Of a stretch of 64,000 bases of DNA, positions 51,952 through 64,000 are shown one piece after another. Below the pieces are notes generated by a model, which saw only the letters and a program-made list of their open reading frames with translations, had not been told where the DNA came from and did not search any database. The DNA lies in NCBI GenBank assembly GCA_951406725.2, contig OX597819.1, positions 66,836,001 to 66,900,000 on the forward strand. Direction: 5' to 3'. The stretch's first letter is position 1. The number at the start of each line of letters is the position of its first letter. The position numbers were made by a program, and so were the translations under genes. The stretch comes from Octopus vulgaris (taxonomy: Eukaryota).

Positions 51952-53057
51952 AATCGTCCACTAGATTGATGCCGAGAGATCTGCCTTCTCATCAGAGACT
52001 CACTGATATTTTCTGCGGTACACTGTATATTATCTAAGGAAGAAAGTTCACGATTTTGGCCCTATGGCTAATCACTTATTCCAGTGGCACTCAAACGATG
52101 AGACACTATTCGAATTTATTATCTGTTATTGTTTGTTTTCATATATTTTAATAATTTTGGGGTTTAGACAATCCATTTTAATGGTGAAGAGTCGTCAAAA
52201 CTATTGGTTAAAATTTTGCAATATGAATAAAATAAACATAATAAAATCTTGTTTTGCTTTATATTTTTTCTAAATCGTTAACTTCAACACGAGGTATTTG
52301 AATATTTGTATACGATTTCCGCCAATAGTATTTTCGTTTGAACATATTGAACATATTGAGATACAAATATTTAGATATCAATGAGTTGAATGCTGTATAT
52401 GATGCCGATATCAACAAGTCCAAATACAAGACAGGAGGAATTACAACCGTGTTTCGTGGTCTGCTACCACAACAGCTCCTTTATAGGATCCAGATAGCTC
52501 AAGACATCATCAGGAAGAACCACGTCCGGTTTCGGCCCCTACTTCTCTAACGTTTTGACGTGGCGGGGCCCTACCTTTCGGAGGTGTTTTCAGCTCTGGT
52601 GTTGGGTGCATGTCTTCTTTCTTCTTGTTTCTTCTGTTCCCCGGCCTCTTCAACTAACAGAATTTATTTTCTCATTCCAATATACAATAAGTAATAAATG
52701 AACCTCCGAGAAATTTTATACAGTATTTCTAAATACAATGTCTTAAGGCTCAGGCCACAGTTGAAGTTACTAATCTCGTCTTTCATAGAAACACACTATT
52801 ATGTAGGACTACATCATCAAATATTCGATATTTTCTGAAGGGAGATCTGTAAAAGCACTTAGTTAGATATTTATAAGTTCTGACTTCAAAGCTGCCAAGG
52901 TCAGAAATATCTTTGTTCCCCATAAAGTAAGCTGAAATCGGAAACAGTCATAATTTATTTATCGATAATGCCTTTGCTACATAGTGAGACAAAAGAAAAT
53001 TATTTACTTATCTTTCAGGAGAAAAGCAAAGTAAGGCGATAAAATCTCGGTTTGATG
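50648..53057 (+). repeat. local direct duplication (50648-50909 and 52826-53057)
   Basis: Two similar copies beginning CGATATTTTCTGAAGGGAGATCTGTAAAA and ending GGTTTGATG; the second has a ~28-bp deletion. Confidence 0.8.
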
Positions 53058-54497
53058 CCCCAGCAACAGTTTCCTTACACAGAGTATTTGTTTTGACTGG
53101 TTTGAGAGAAACTGACTGCTATTCCTAGCATGTCAAGTTATCGTAAAGAAATTCCTGTCCTTTTTATTTGGCAAAGTATTATAGACTGGTAAGTAGTGTT
53201 TAGACACTCTTATATACGCACTTAGCAAATCATAGTTGTGCAAATAACAAAGAAAAGCAATTTGATGCATCATTTCTTTTTATTATGGCCAAGGCCAAAT
53301 ATAATATAAAGAGAATCTGGCTGAAAAATTGAGATCTGTAGAGTTATGTACCATATGCGTCTGCGGGTGTATGTTGTGGGGAAAATAATTGTTTTCTATT
53401 GTTTTTCTTTACGTGAAATTACTTCGATCAAGGCTCATAGTCTTTTATAGAAAGAGTGATAGCAGAAAGAGAGTGTTCTACTGATGTCACTAAAACTCTC
53501 TCTATACTTCAACATTTGAACTGCGGAATATAACAGTGCAACTGACCAATTCATAAACGATGTATTGTTATGTCACTCGTTATTGTGAGTCTAGTCTGTT
53601 TCGTCTTGTGGTTACTGCTAAATTCAAGAAAGATTCTAATCGAGTATCCGCTATAAGTAAGTCGATATGATTTATGAGCATGTCATTTAAATAGGGATAT
53701 TTTAAATTGTTTCAGTTCTTATAGTCATATCTACATGGTCAACCAACAAATCACAGTTATTACAAAGTGGGGGTAACCATTGAAATGATAGAAGCGATAA
53801 AAGGGTAGTTCGTCAGAGCCCCCAAAATTTGTACACCTAATGCACTTATACTTCTTGCTGTACACCCAAGAACTGTGCTATTTTTTTGCTTTTAAATATT
53901 TCACTTGTTATGAATTCAATAAATATTACATGCTTTTTCTACTCATTTGTATTCAATAACATTTATTTCAACAAAATATGGATAACATCGTAAAAGTATT
54001 AACCCTTGAATTTAGTTTCCCGTAGCTCATATATATACAATAATACACTATTTCAATACGAAATTGAATTCTTTATTTCAAACTACATATCTCACCTATA
54101 AAAGGGAAATTGCTTTTAGGAAGGATATGGCTTCCACTTAATTGGGAATTACGTGTAAGAAATTTTACTGTATGCCGTCATTTCACAAACAGACGCACAG
54201 ACTCTTAGCCGCACGCGCACACACAGTCAATAAGAGGTGCAATACATACAAACGCATACACGTTCTGTTAAACTCTATGATTTTACCTTATATTTAATAT
54301 GATTTATTATACACGAAACAAAATTTCTCCAGTGAGTGTACAGAGACTATAATTTACTTTGCAAAATTTGACTTACATATGTCGAAATAATTTCTATTGA
54401 CTGAACGTTAGATTACATCGTCGCGTGAAGGATACACAGTCGTGAGCAATGATAAAGATTTCTCTGCCCTTAGGTACTTCACTTACTTCCACACAGT

Positions 54498-54862
54498 GGA
54501 GGCGCAATGGCCCAGAAGTTAGGGCAGTGGACTCGCAGTTTCAAATCCCAGACCGGACGTTGTGAGTGTTTATTGAGCGAAAACACCTAAACCTTTAGGA
54601 GGCTCCGGCAGGGGGTGGTGGCGAACCGAGCTGTACTCTTTCACCACAACTTTCTCTCACTCTTTCTTCCTGTTTCTGTTGTACCTGTATTTCAAAGGGC
54701 TAGCCATGTCACACTCTGTGTCACGCTGAACCTTGCTGAGAACTACAATAAGGGTATACGTGTCAGTGGAGTGCTCAGCGAATTTGCAAGTTAAATTCAC
54801 AAGCAGGCTGTTCTGTTGATTGGATCAGCTGGAAACCTCGTTGTCGTAACCGACGGAGTGGC
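54498..54862 (+). mobile_element. SINE family B
   Basis: Colinear with 4251-4630; flanking ACTTCCACAC at ~54485 and ~54867 is TSD-like. Confidence 0.8.
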
Positions 54863-55779
54863 ACGACTTCCACACCAATCTCGATTGTAGTCTGATGAAC
54901 AGAACTTGTTCTCAATTCCCTAATAATTATTTTCTGTAAGCGAAACCTACAAACAGGTCATGCAGTGAATATAAACATTGTGTGCAGCTACGTAGATATA
55001 TTTGTTCGATAGCCTGAATCAGGAAACTTTTCTACCTCTTCAGAGCTATTTGATTGTTACACTGACAACTGCATCGTTACGACCTCCCTCTCCCTCCTTC
55101 AAAGAGCTACACTCCTCCCTCATTCCTCAAACTCTTTTAACCCTGTCTCCATATTACATTCGTTGTACCAAGCAACTACTTTAATTTCTTCACCATTGTT
55201 ATCTGTACAGATTTAGACGCAACGGCATCCAACCTCTCTCTCTTTCTCTCTAGTTTTTTTCTTTCTCTTTCTCTCTCTCTCTCTCACACACACACAGCGG
55301 AAATCGCAAACTTACACTCACACATTCACGTATACACATGCCAACAAGCAGTTACATGCGGAAACACGGATGTCCGCGCACTTTAACTCTACATATACAG
55401 AAAAAAAGCACGTAGTTTTATCTACTACACTGCTTGTCGCAGTAAGATACACACATCGGTCCGTGGAAATACGTGCGCCCGCAACTTAGTACCTCTTCAC
55501 AAAAGGAAAAACGCTTCCACACACACATTCCTCCATCGCTACTATTCTTTTCTACACACACACACACACACACACACATAAACATATAACGGTACCGGGA
55601 ACCACACGCATGCACTCTCTCTCCTTTTCTTAGTCTCTCTTTCTTTCTTTGTCTTTCTCTCCCACTCTCTTTCTCTCATCCTCACACTCTTTCTCTCTAT
55701 TCTCTCTCTCTCTCTATCTATCTCTGTCTCTCTGTCCCTCTCCCTCTGCCTCCCCTCTCTCTCCCTCTGAAACACACAT

Positions 55780-56270
55780 TTTTCAGCATTTCAGTGGACT
55801 CCTTATGATTCTTAGCTTTGAGTAACCAATATTTTCACGCCCCGTTCTACACACTATTGGTTCCTTAAATTTCCAGCAAAACACCATTACTATTTCTCTT
55901 GCGATCCCACTTTTTTTAATATCTACTCTTTGGTCGTTCTACAGTCCTTGGTCGTTCTAAGGTTTTTGATCGTTCAAAGCAGCGGGCCTAACATAACTTT
56001 AAATATGTTCCCCAGTTAGTTTTACTTTTATTTTACCACTCTCTTGAAAGGAATAACCTCCTCAGCCTTGTAGATTTTGCATGCTTCTTACCATGTTCTA
56101 GTCAATCTACAAAACTCTCCCAGCGATCCTATTGTTATGTTTCGCATGTTTCTGTGCATAATTTTCCATTTATTTGTTGTCAATCATCAATTTTTCATCC
56201 TTGTTGTCCATGACCTTATTGATATTCACTATATTAGTGCAATCAGAAGACTAGTGCTATGGCACTTGAA
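55780..56270 (-). pseudogene. highly decayed RTE-like LINE fragment
   Basis: Minus-strand residues resembling the RTE RIxxAWxxFxxL post-thumb region, frameshifted. Confidence 0.3.
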
Positions 56271-56354
56271 GAGTTCAGGCTTTAGACGCGCCATAACTAC
56301 GCAGGAGTCTGGGTGGTAAGGCTGACGAGAGGATATCTATTTTCCTTTGCGTGC

Positions 56355-56421
<67 letters not shown>

Positions 56422-56948
56422 TTGCATCTGGAAAATGAGAGATTGTTCATCTACATAATTTTCTATTGTAAAACTACATAAATGATACACGTTACAGTCG
56501 TAAAGGGTTAGAATTATATTTGACATTTTAATCTAATCCCTACATACCAAAACAAACAGAAATTTGAATATATATACTAATTTCTATGAAATACTAAATT
56601 CGACTGCGTACATTTCATGCACATTTATTTAATAATTCACTCAAGTACCAAAAGAATTATATCACCCCATCAATATATTTCATGAGGCTCATATATTTTT
56701 GATTTATCTTGGTAACACTAAAAGACGATGTTTCGATGACTTCATATGCACAGAAACGACATACATACATGCATGGATGCATGTATATATCTATATATAC
56801 ATATGTCTAACAAGCTGTCTTTCTCCCCCTCTCTCTCTCTCTGTCTCTCTCTCTCTTTCTGTCTCTATGCATATATATATTCAATTATATATGCATATAT
56901 ATATTTAATTATATATATATATATGTAAGTATGTATGCATGTATGAAC

Positions 56949-57015
<67 letters not shown>

Positions 57016-58089
57016 TATATATATCTATATGCATATTTATGTATACATAAATATACTTACCTTTATGTATCTATGTATGTAAATATGCATGCATGCCTGC
57101 ATGTATGTGTGTTTATGAGTGTGTATGTATGTACAGAGAAGCCATTTATTTAGTAATACATATTTTATGTTCCTGTTTTATTGTATGCAATCACATGGAA
57201 ATATCCCGAAGTAAAAATGAACTCTACGAAAGCAATATCCAACAAATTCCCCGTAGATGACAAGTATACCGCTTTCACGTATTTACTATCATCCTGATAA
57301 AATAAACCCATTTGCTCTCTGTCAACCCGCCTTAATAATCTTACCTATAACGCTGGTTTATTAATATATTTCAAATACGATGCGTTAGGTAATTCTAAAA
57401 TGTCATGTTCTCTCTGCATTCCTTTCTTTTTTCATTACCTTCTATTAAAATCTGTTTCGTCCCACTGGCACAGGTAAATTCCTTTCCTGTCATGTACTTG
57501 GGTGGATTAATCAATCGTCTATTTTCTCTGCTACGACCACTATCCAGAATTGCCTGCCGTGATACCAAAATAAAAGAGCAATATATGAAATACGCAGGTT
57601 TTATTAAATATATCGCGTTTAGTTACATACTGATATATTAACGGAAGTAAATACACCCCGTACACAAATCAGAAATATACTTTTAAACAATGAAATTTCC
57701 TGCTTTCTTGAATAGAATTGGGTCAATGGTTTGTTCGTTTTTATTTTATTTTATTTTCATATGTGATAACATCAAAAGTATGGCTAAATACGACACATTA
57801 TTACTGTATCCAGTAGAGGTGAAATTGTTTTCACAAGAATATTTACCGAAATAAGATAGCGTACTAACTAGGCATTAATTTTAAGCATACAATTAATATA
57901 TATACCTTATATGAATGTTAATATTCCAACATCTTACACTAGTGATAGAATTATCTCAAAGCATCTAAGACGAAGGCACATGCGTGTGCTTAAGTCATTT
58001 GATTCGAAACCAGGTGAATGCGGATTCATTCCTACTATACGCACAATTACGCAAGTGTCTACTAAAGAAATAGATATATAGATAGATAA

Positions 58090-58153
<64 letters not shown>

Positions 58154-58768
58154 ATAGATGGATAGATAGATAGAGAGAGAGAGGCACACACACAGACAAA
58201 TAGAGAGAGACACAGTCAGACATAGACAGAAACAGAGAGAGACAGAGACAGTGAGATACAGAGAGAGAAAGAGTCGAAGAAAAGTGAGAGAGATTTGTTA
58301 GCAGTGTGACTCGGTTCCAACAAACTTCGACAAACCATCCGCTTGCAACTCATTCAATCCCGGAGGTTCCCTCTGGAAATACAAGAATATTCGAGCCAGA
58401 ATATATAATATACTCTTTAATTTTACTATTAACTCTAAGGAAGTTCTAGCCGCTTCTATGAAATTTAGTATAACGCGGAACACCACATTTTAGGAAGGAT
58501 TGGTAGTATATATGGTATTTGCTTTCGTACATTTACGTTCTGAATTCTTCATCATCTTTCGACTTTAATAAGCAACGGAAATCATATCTCATAACAAGAT
58601 TACCTAAATGTCAATGTGTGTTCAGATGGTGATGAACAAAATACTGACGTCAGCCAATCACTTATACCGAAGTATTTTGATTACAGCAGTGATAATCCCT
58701 TTCCGTATTGTATATATTTACAACTACAAAGTTACGAGTGACTTTCACTACCAGTTTGTGTAAAATTC

Positions 58769-58810
<42 letters not shown>

Positions 58811-58814
<4 letters not shown>

Positions 58815-58922
58815 CTACACTTAAGAGATGGAGAATTATGTACATTATTTACGTTATTTACATTTGACGAACATTTGCTCACATCTTGTTTGTTGTTAAC
58901 AGAACATTTCGGCTGATACACC
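58811..58922 (-). mobile_element. GACAC-family element, 5'-truncated within the hammerhead
   Basis: Homologous to 43995-44112; 3' end abuts (TA)n. Confidence 0.65.
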
Positions 58923-59242
58923 TACATACATATATGTATGTATGTATGTATATCCAAAATTTAGGGTTATATTCCCTAACTTTGGATTTCTATTCGCATA
59001 CACAGTAATCCATGCTGCTAAGTGTAAGCTATAAAAGTTGTTTTTCAGTTTATCGAACTTCGATACGGGAAGAACTTATAATCTGCTATGTGAATAAACC
59101 ACTATTGTTTTTGTAAGTAGTTTTTTTTTTATATTCTTCAGGCTACACGAAGCTTACTAACTTCCTACACCTTGCTCCTTGGATCTTACATTTAAACATT
59201 ACTATATCGATGTATATATTTTTGTAAGTACATGTATGAGTG

Positions 59243-59300
<58 letters not shown>

Positions 59301-59845
59301 CAAAAAATGTCGCCAACCAACTGCAGATTTTATATTGGTAATTTATCAGATAATTACCTGATGTGTTCATAATATATTTTCATATTTATTACGCTACTTA
59401 CACTAAGTGGGCGAGCAGGGAGAATCTTACGAATACCGGACGAGAAGGCCAACCATCTTTCCTTCTGGCTTTTTATCTTCTAATTTTAAACACCACCGAG
59501 GTCAACCTTGCTGCAGGGTCTGTGTAATCGACTGCCTATTTGCACCCAAATCGCTAGTCCGGAGCTAAAGTTAGGATTGATATTACTAACACTATAAAAC
59601 GACGAGTTGGTTTAATCGAGAGCGAACCAAATAAAATTCTTAGAGGATTTTCTCTTAGTTCTGTACGTTCTGAATTCAAATGTCTTTTTGTTGCTTAAAA
59701 TAAATTACCAGTCAAGTAACATAAGAGTCGGTGTAATCGACGTACACACCGACTACGTAAAATTGCTCTCCTGTAAAAATTGGAAGAAATTTTACAGAAG
59801 AACCTCGGTTTTCGAATAACTCTGATCCCGAATAAATCCTGCATT

Positions 59846-59932
<87 letters not shown>

Positions 59933-60001
59933 GGGATGAAATTTTTTCGAAAAAATTTTATCAATGGCCAGCATATTAAAAAATGCCTTTAAATGTTAAA
60001 T

Positions 60002-60158
60002 TTATAAACAAGAGCAAAAGAAAACATTTCTAATGCCAAATATGCTGAAACTAGACACATCGTCCATAACCATATAATGATGAATTATATGGTTATGGAC
60101 GATGTGTCTAGTTTCGGCATATTTGTCATTAGACATTTTCTTTTGCCCTTGTTTATAA
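60002..60158. repeat. ~76-bp-arm palindrome with 5-nt loop
   Basis: 60002-60078 pairs with 60084-60158 with few mismatches. Confidence 0.85.
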
Positions 60159-60181
60159 GTTATATATATATATATACATAT

Positions 60182-60458
60182 GTGGATGCCCATTGGTTAG
60201 GGCAGTCTATGCGCGGTGGGAGGATCGTGGTTTTGTTGTGCGTGTTTAATGAGCGAAAACACCTCCACAAGGCTCCAGCAGGAGTTAGTGGCGAACGATG
60301 CTGTACTCTTTCTCTCACTTTTCTTGTTTCTTTTGTACCTGTATTCCAAAGGGCCAGTCTTGTCACACTCTGTATCACGCTGAATGTCCCCGAGAACTAC
60401 GTTAAGGGTAAACGTGTCTGTGCATGCTCAGCCACTTGCACGTTAATTTCATGAGCAG
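60182..60458 (+). mobile_element. SINE family B (with deletions)
   Basis: Colinear with 4251-4575. Confidence 0.7.
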
Positions 60459-60549
60459 GTTTTATATATATATAAAGCATAATGTATTCGCGATCAGTGT
60501 CGTTCGAAAACCGAGGCACAAGTGTAGTAATCTTTCATTCTCTTATTCT

Positions 60550-60709
60550 TTTACGTGTTTCAGTAATTTGACTGTGCCCATACTGGAGCACCTCCTTTAG
60601 TCGAACAAATCGACTTCTTTGTAAGCTAGTACTTATTTTATCGGTCACTTTAGCCGAACCGCCAAGTGACGGGGTCGTAAATGCACAAATAACAAACACA
60701 TACATCCAT

Positions 60710-60748
<39 letters not shown>

Positions 60749-60908
60749 ACGGGCTTCTTTCAGTTTCCGTCCTCCAAAACCACTCACAAAGTTCTAGTCG
60801 GCGCGAGGCTATAGTAGAAGACACTTACCCAAGGTGCCACGCAGTAGGACTGAACCCGGAACCACGTGGTTGAGAGCAAGGTTCTTACTTCACACCCACT
60901 CCTGCGCC
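60550..60908 (-). mobile_element. SINE family C with internal (TA)n
   Basis: Reverse complement of the 22325-22705 family. Confidence 0.7.
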
Positions 60909-62185
60909 AATAGAGTTTTTATATCCATTCTCATGCGGTAAATAAATCAAAAGGATTTGTCTGTCATAAAGTTTGGTCCTTATTTTCCCCGTAAAACAGA
61001 ACATAAGTATTACCGTAAAACTCACTTTTCCTCCGAAATATATTTTCTTCTAGACTCGAAGTTAGTAAATGGCAGAGTCGATGTACAGCGCAACCTTTCA
61101 GTATTGTTTTATAGACAATTAGATTCTGACCTCGACTCCAGTGGAGATCATTTTCCCCTGTCATCCTTCCGGGGTCGATAGATTAAGTACCATTCAAGTA
61201 TTTGGGTTGGTCTTAATCGTATTTTCCCTCCCAAAGAATGTGCAACATTCTGACAATGTAAAAAAAATCGATATATATTTTCTCAGATTAAAATAATTGG
61301 GAAAAAAATCTCATTTTCGATGAATTTATGTGAAAATTTCGTTCATTAATTGGAATGGCATGCCTTGTTCCATGAATCATATCGTCATTGAATATCATTT
61401 CCAATTATTTAAATGGAGATTCAATCAATAATTCAGAATAATTATTCATTAGAATTTGCAAACTATAATTTTAATATGTAGCATGATCGAATTTTACTGA
61501 GTCTCTGCTTAAGAGTCTTTTGTTTTGTTGCATTATAGGAATTTTGTTTGCGCCGACCATATCTTACACCAAATCAATTTCAATACCATTTCTACTGATT
61601 ACACTAAATTCCATTTACCACTCTAACTTGAAGAGACTAAATGCATGAGAGGTTTAAAATATTCTCGATTTTTTTTTTCCCCCTGAGGAGATGAATTTCA
61701 CTTTCCCCTATCGGAACATGATATAAATTCAACCTTGTGCTAGATATTTTTTTATTATTTTCTTATGCCGAGTTACTCAGCTGCTGATTGTTACTCTCGA
61801 AGTTTTATGGCACTTAACTCCGTGCATGAAAATTTCTTTGTACTCCATACTGTTCTTTTTTATACTTGTTTTCGTTTCATTAGTCACTGTAATAATACAT
61901 AATACGCGTTGCATAACACGTGGAATGCATTATTTCATAATTATATAATTTCATTATGTTCTCAGTGCAATTATTGTCAGAAACGCCATAACGGCAAACA
62001 ACATGAAATGTATTTTACTGTATTGTAGATACTCTTTATTAGTGTAGATTTTCTTGATCATTCTACAACTGAGAAGTTATAAACGACAAAAGAATTGGAA
62101 ATGATTCAATTCATTATATTACTACATTAGTAACCATGAACAATTGTGAACTCAAATGAACCAGCACCATCAATTAATAAAAAAT

Positions 62186-63100
62186 GTGGTGAGCTGGCGA
62201 AATGTTTAGCGCGTCGCACTTAATTATGATCGTTGAGAAGTCCGTCTTCACATACTTATTCCAATCCGCTGAGGTCAAGTTTGCCCTTCATTCTTTCGGA
62301 GTCGATGAAATAAATACCAGTTGTATACTGAGGTCATTGTAATCGCCCTGGCCCTCCCTACTCAAACTAATAAAAAAACCTTCGGCGTTGTGCGTTTTGT
62401 AGAAATGTTAGAAAATATGATTACATGGAGAGCTGACAAAATCTTTTGCACGCCGTACAAAATTCTGAGAGGAATTTCCGCCGGCTTTTTACGTTCTGAA
62501 GGGAAATTCTGCCGAGGTCATCATTATCTTTCATCTTTTATGAGTCAATTAATTAATGAACCAGTCAAGCTCTTTTGTTGATGTAATTGGGTAACCCACA
62601 ACTTAACGTTTCTGTTCTATTGCCAAAGTTAAAAACGATCATTATATGCTACAGCATTAGTGTTATTATAATATGATAGCATATTGCTTTCAAATTTTGG
62701 CAGAAGGAGAGCAATTTCGAGACAGATGTATGTCGATTAGATTTTGTGCATGGACACCGAAATGACGAAATGGAAAATCAATTTTGACGGAATTTGAAAT
62801 CAGAACATAAAGACGGAATGCCATGAAGTCTTTTTTTCCTCGGCGCGTTAGCAATTCTGCCAGCAATTCTTATATATATTTTTATATTTTAATGTAAAGC
62901 GGTGAGCTGGCAGAGTTGTTAGCACGAAGGACGAAATGCTTAGCGGTACTTCGCCCGTCTCTACGTTCTAAGTTCAAAAGTCGACTTTCTTCATTCAGGC
63001 GTCGATAAATTAAGTACCAGTGGAACACTGGTATCGTTGTAATGGACTTTTATCCTCCCCCACAATTTCAGGCCTTGTGCCTATAGTAGAAAGGATTATT
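62186..63100. mobile_element. cluster of decayed SINE family A copies
   Basis: + copies at ~62186-62630 and 62897-63100, - copy at ~62690-62865. Confidence 0.65.
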
Positions 63101-63838
63101 ATATTGTAATGTGCAATTTGGTGTTGGAATATTGAGAACTCAACTTCGAGGAAATGAATTTACGATGTTTTGCTACAGAAGCTATACATTTCCAGCCGAA
63201 TTCCTACTGAAAATAACTTTGTCTTTTAGTCAAACGGTAAAGAAAAGAACTTCTCCAGAAAGCTCCTTGTCTAAATGGACGCTGCTATTCACTCTATTAT
63301 TCTTGCTTCTCCCTTATATTTATGTTTAGACATCCTCTTCTGTATTTATTCATAGAGTTGTACTCTTTCATTTCTATCCCTATCTCTAACTCTATTAAAT
63401 CACACTTTGTTTCTCTTTTATTTTCTAGTGTTTCTAACATGTTTAGGGATGCTGTACTATTCCTAGCGTGCACACAAGGGGATATAACTCGTCAGGAAAT
63501 GCCATGGGTGAGCACACTTTTTCTTATCCACAAAATAATATGTAAAGTTAGATTTGCTTCTTCTCTTATAGTCTGCCTAAAGGAAACTTAGAAGTAGATG
63601 AGGTTTTCAACAGACGTTTCTGATAATCGCAATTCTACGACCTGGCGATAAAATGGCAGCGGTGTTAGTTTCAAATGATTCAGTCAGTATACAAAATTAT
63701 TAAACTTTATTTCATATATTCTATGCTCTTTCTTGAATTATGAACATTACCCATTTACCTCCCCATATGAATATGTGCGTGTGTGTGTACGTAAAAATAT
63801 ACATATATATATATACATACACACATATATGTATTTAA

Positions 63839-63913
<75 letters not shown>

Positions 63914-64000
63914 TATGTATGTATATATATATGTGTGTGTGTGTGCGTGTGTATGTTTATGCAGATATCTGTGTACGTATTCACACACACACACATACAC

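Noticed and set aside
63448-63507. Short AG...GTGAG-bounded exon-like segment (similar ones near 51090, 58375 and 63180)
   Set aside because: Splice-like signals occur by chance; no recognisable peptide or consistent phase chain

Overview
AT-rich, microsatellite-saturated eukaryotic (animal) DNA. The SINE, Penelope and R4/Dong repertoire suggests a mollusc, probably an octopus-type cephalopod (inference only). Nearly all short ORFs in the six-frame track are artefacts of simple repeats. Two long intact ORFs are retrotransposon genes. (1) 24947-28828 (+) is an R4/Dong-clade non-LTR element (RT, CCHC knuckle, restriction-like endonuclease). It sits in a (TAA)n tract that also holds two 3'-end fragments of other Dong families, and a fourth, decayed Dong copy lies at 44298-46480 (-). 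(2) 36672-39887 (-) is a Penelope-like element (PLE, Neptune-type; RT plus GIY-YIG) with a 61-bp terminal direct repeat and a target-site duplication. The rest is tRNA-derived SINEs of three families, Helitrons, a MITE, and mariner/Tc1, CR1-like and RTE-like remnants. There is only one weak host-exon candidate. The most striking structure is not visible in the ORF track: about 14 minimal type-I hammerhead ribozyme motifs, some intact and some variant or decayed, from at least 8 unrelated PLE-type families. Most lie in back-to-back foldback insertions that usually end in (TA)n microsatellites (2143-2623, 11493-12070, 18775-19005, 41047-41465, 43995-46692, 47623-48171, 48295-49800). PLE hammerheads and inverted pseudo-LTRs are known in general. 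What merits follow-up is their density here, the near-perfect 184-200 bp hairpins that pair a ribozyme with its own antisense, and recurrent non-canonical catalytic cores. All coordinates were read by eye; boundaries of decayed repeats are approximate.
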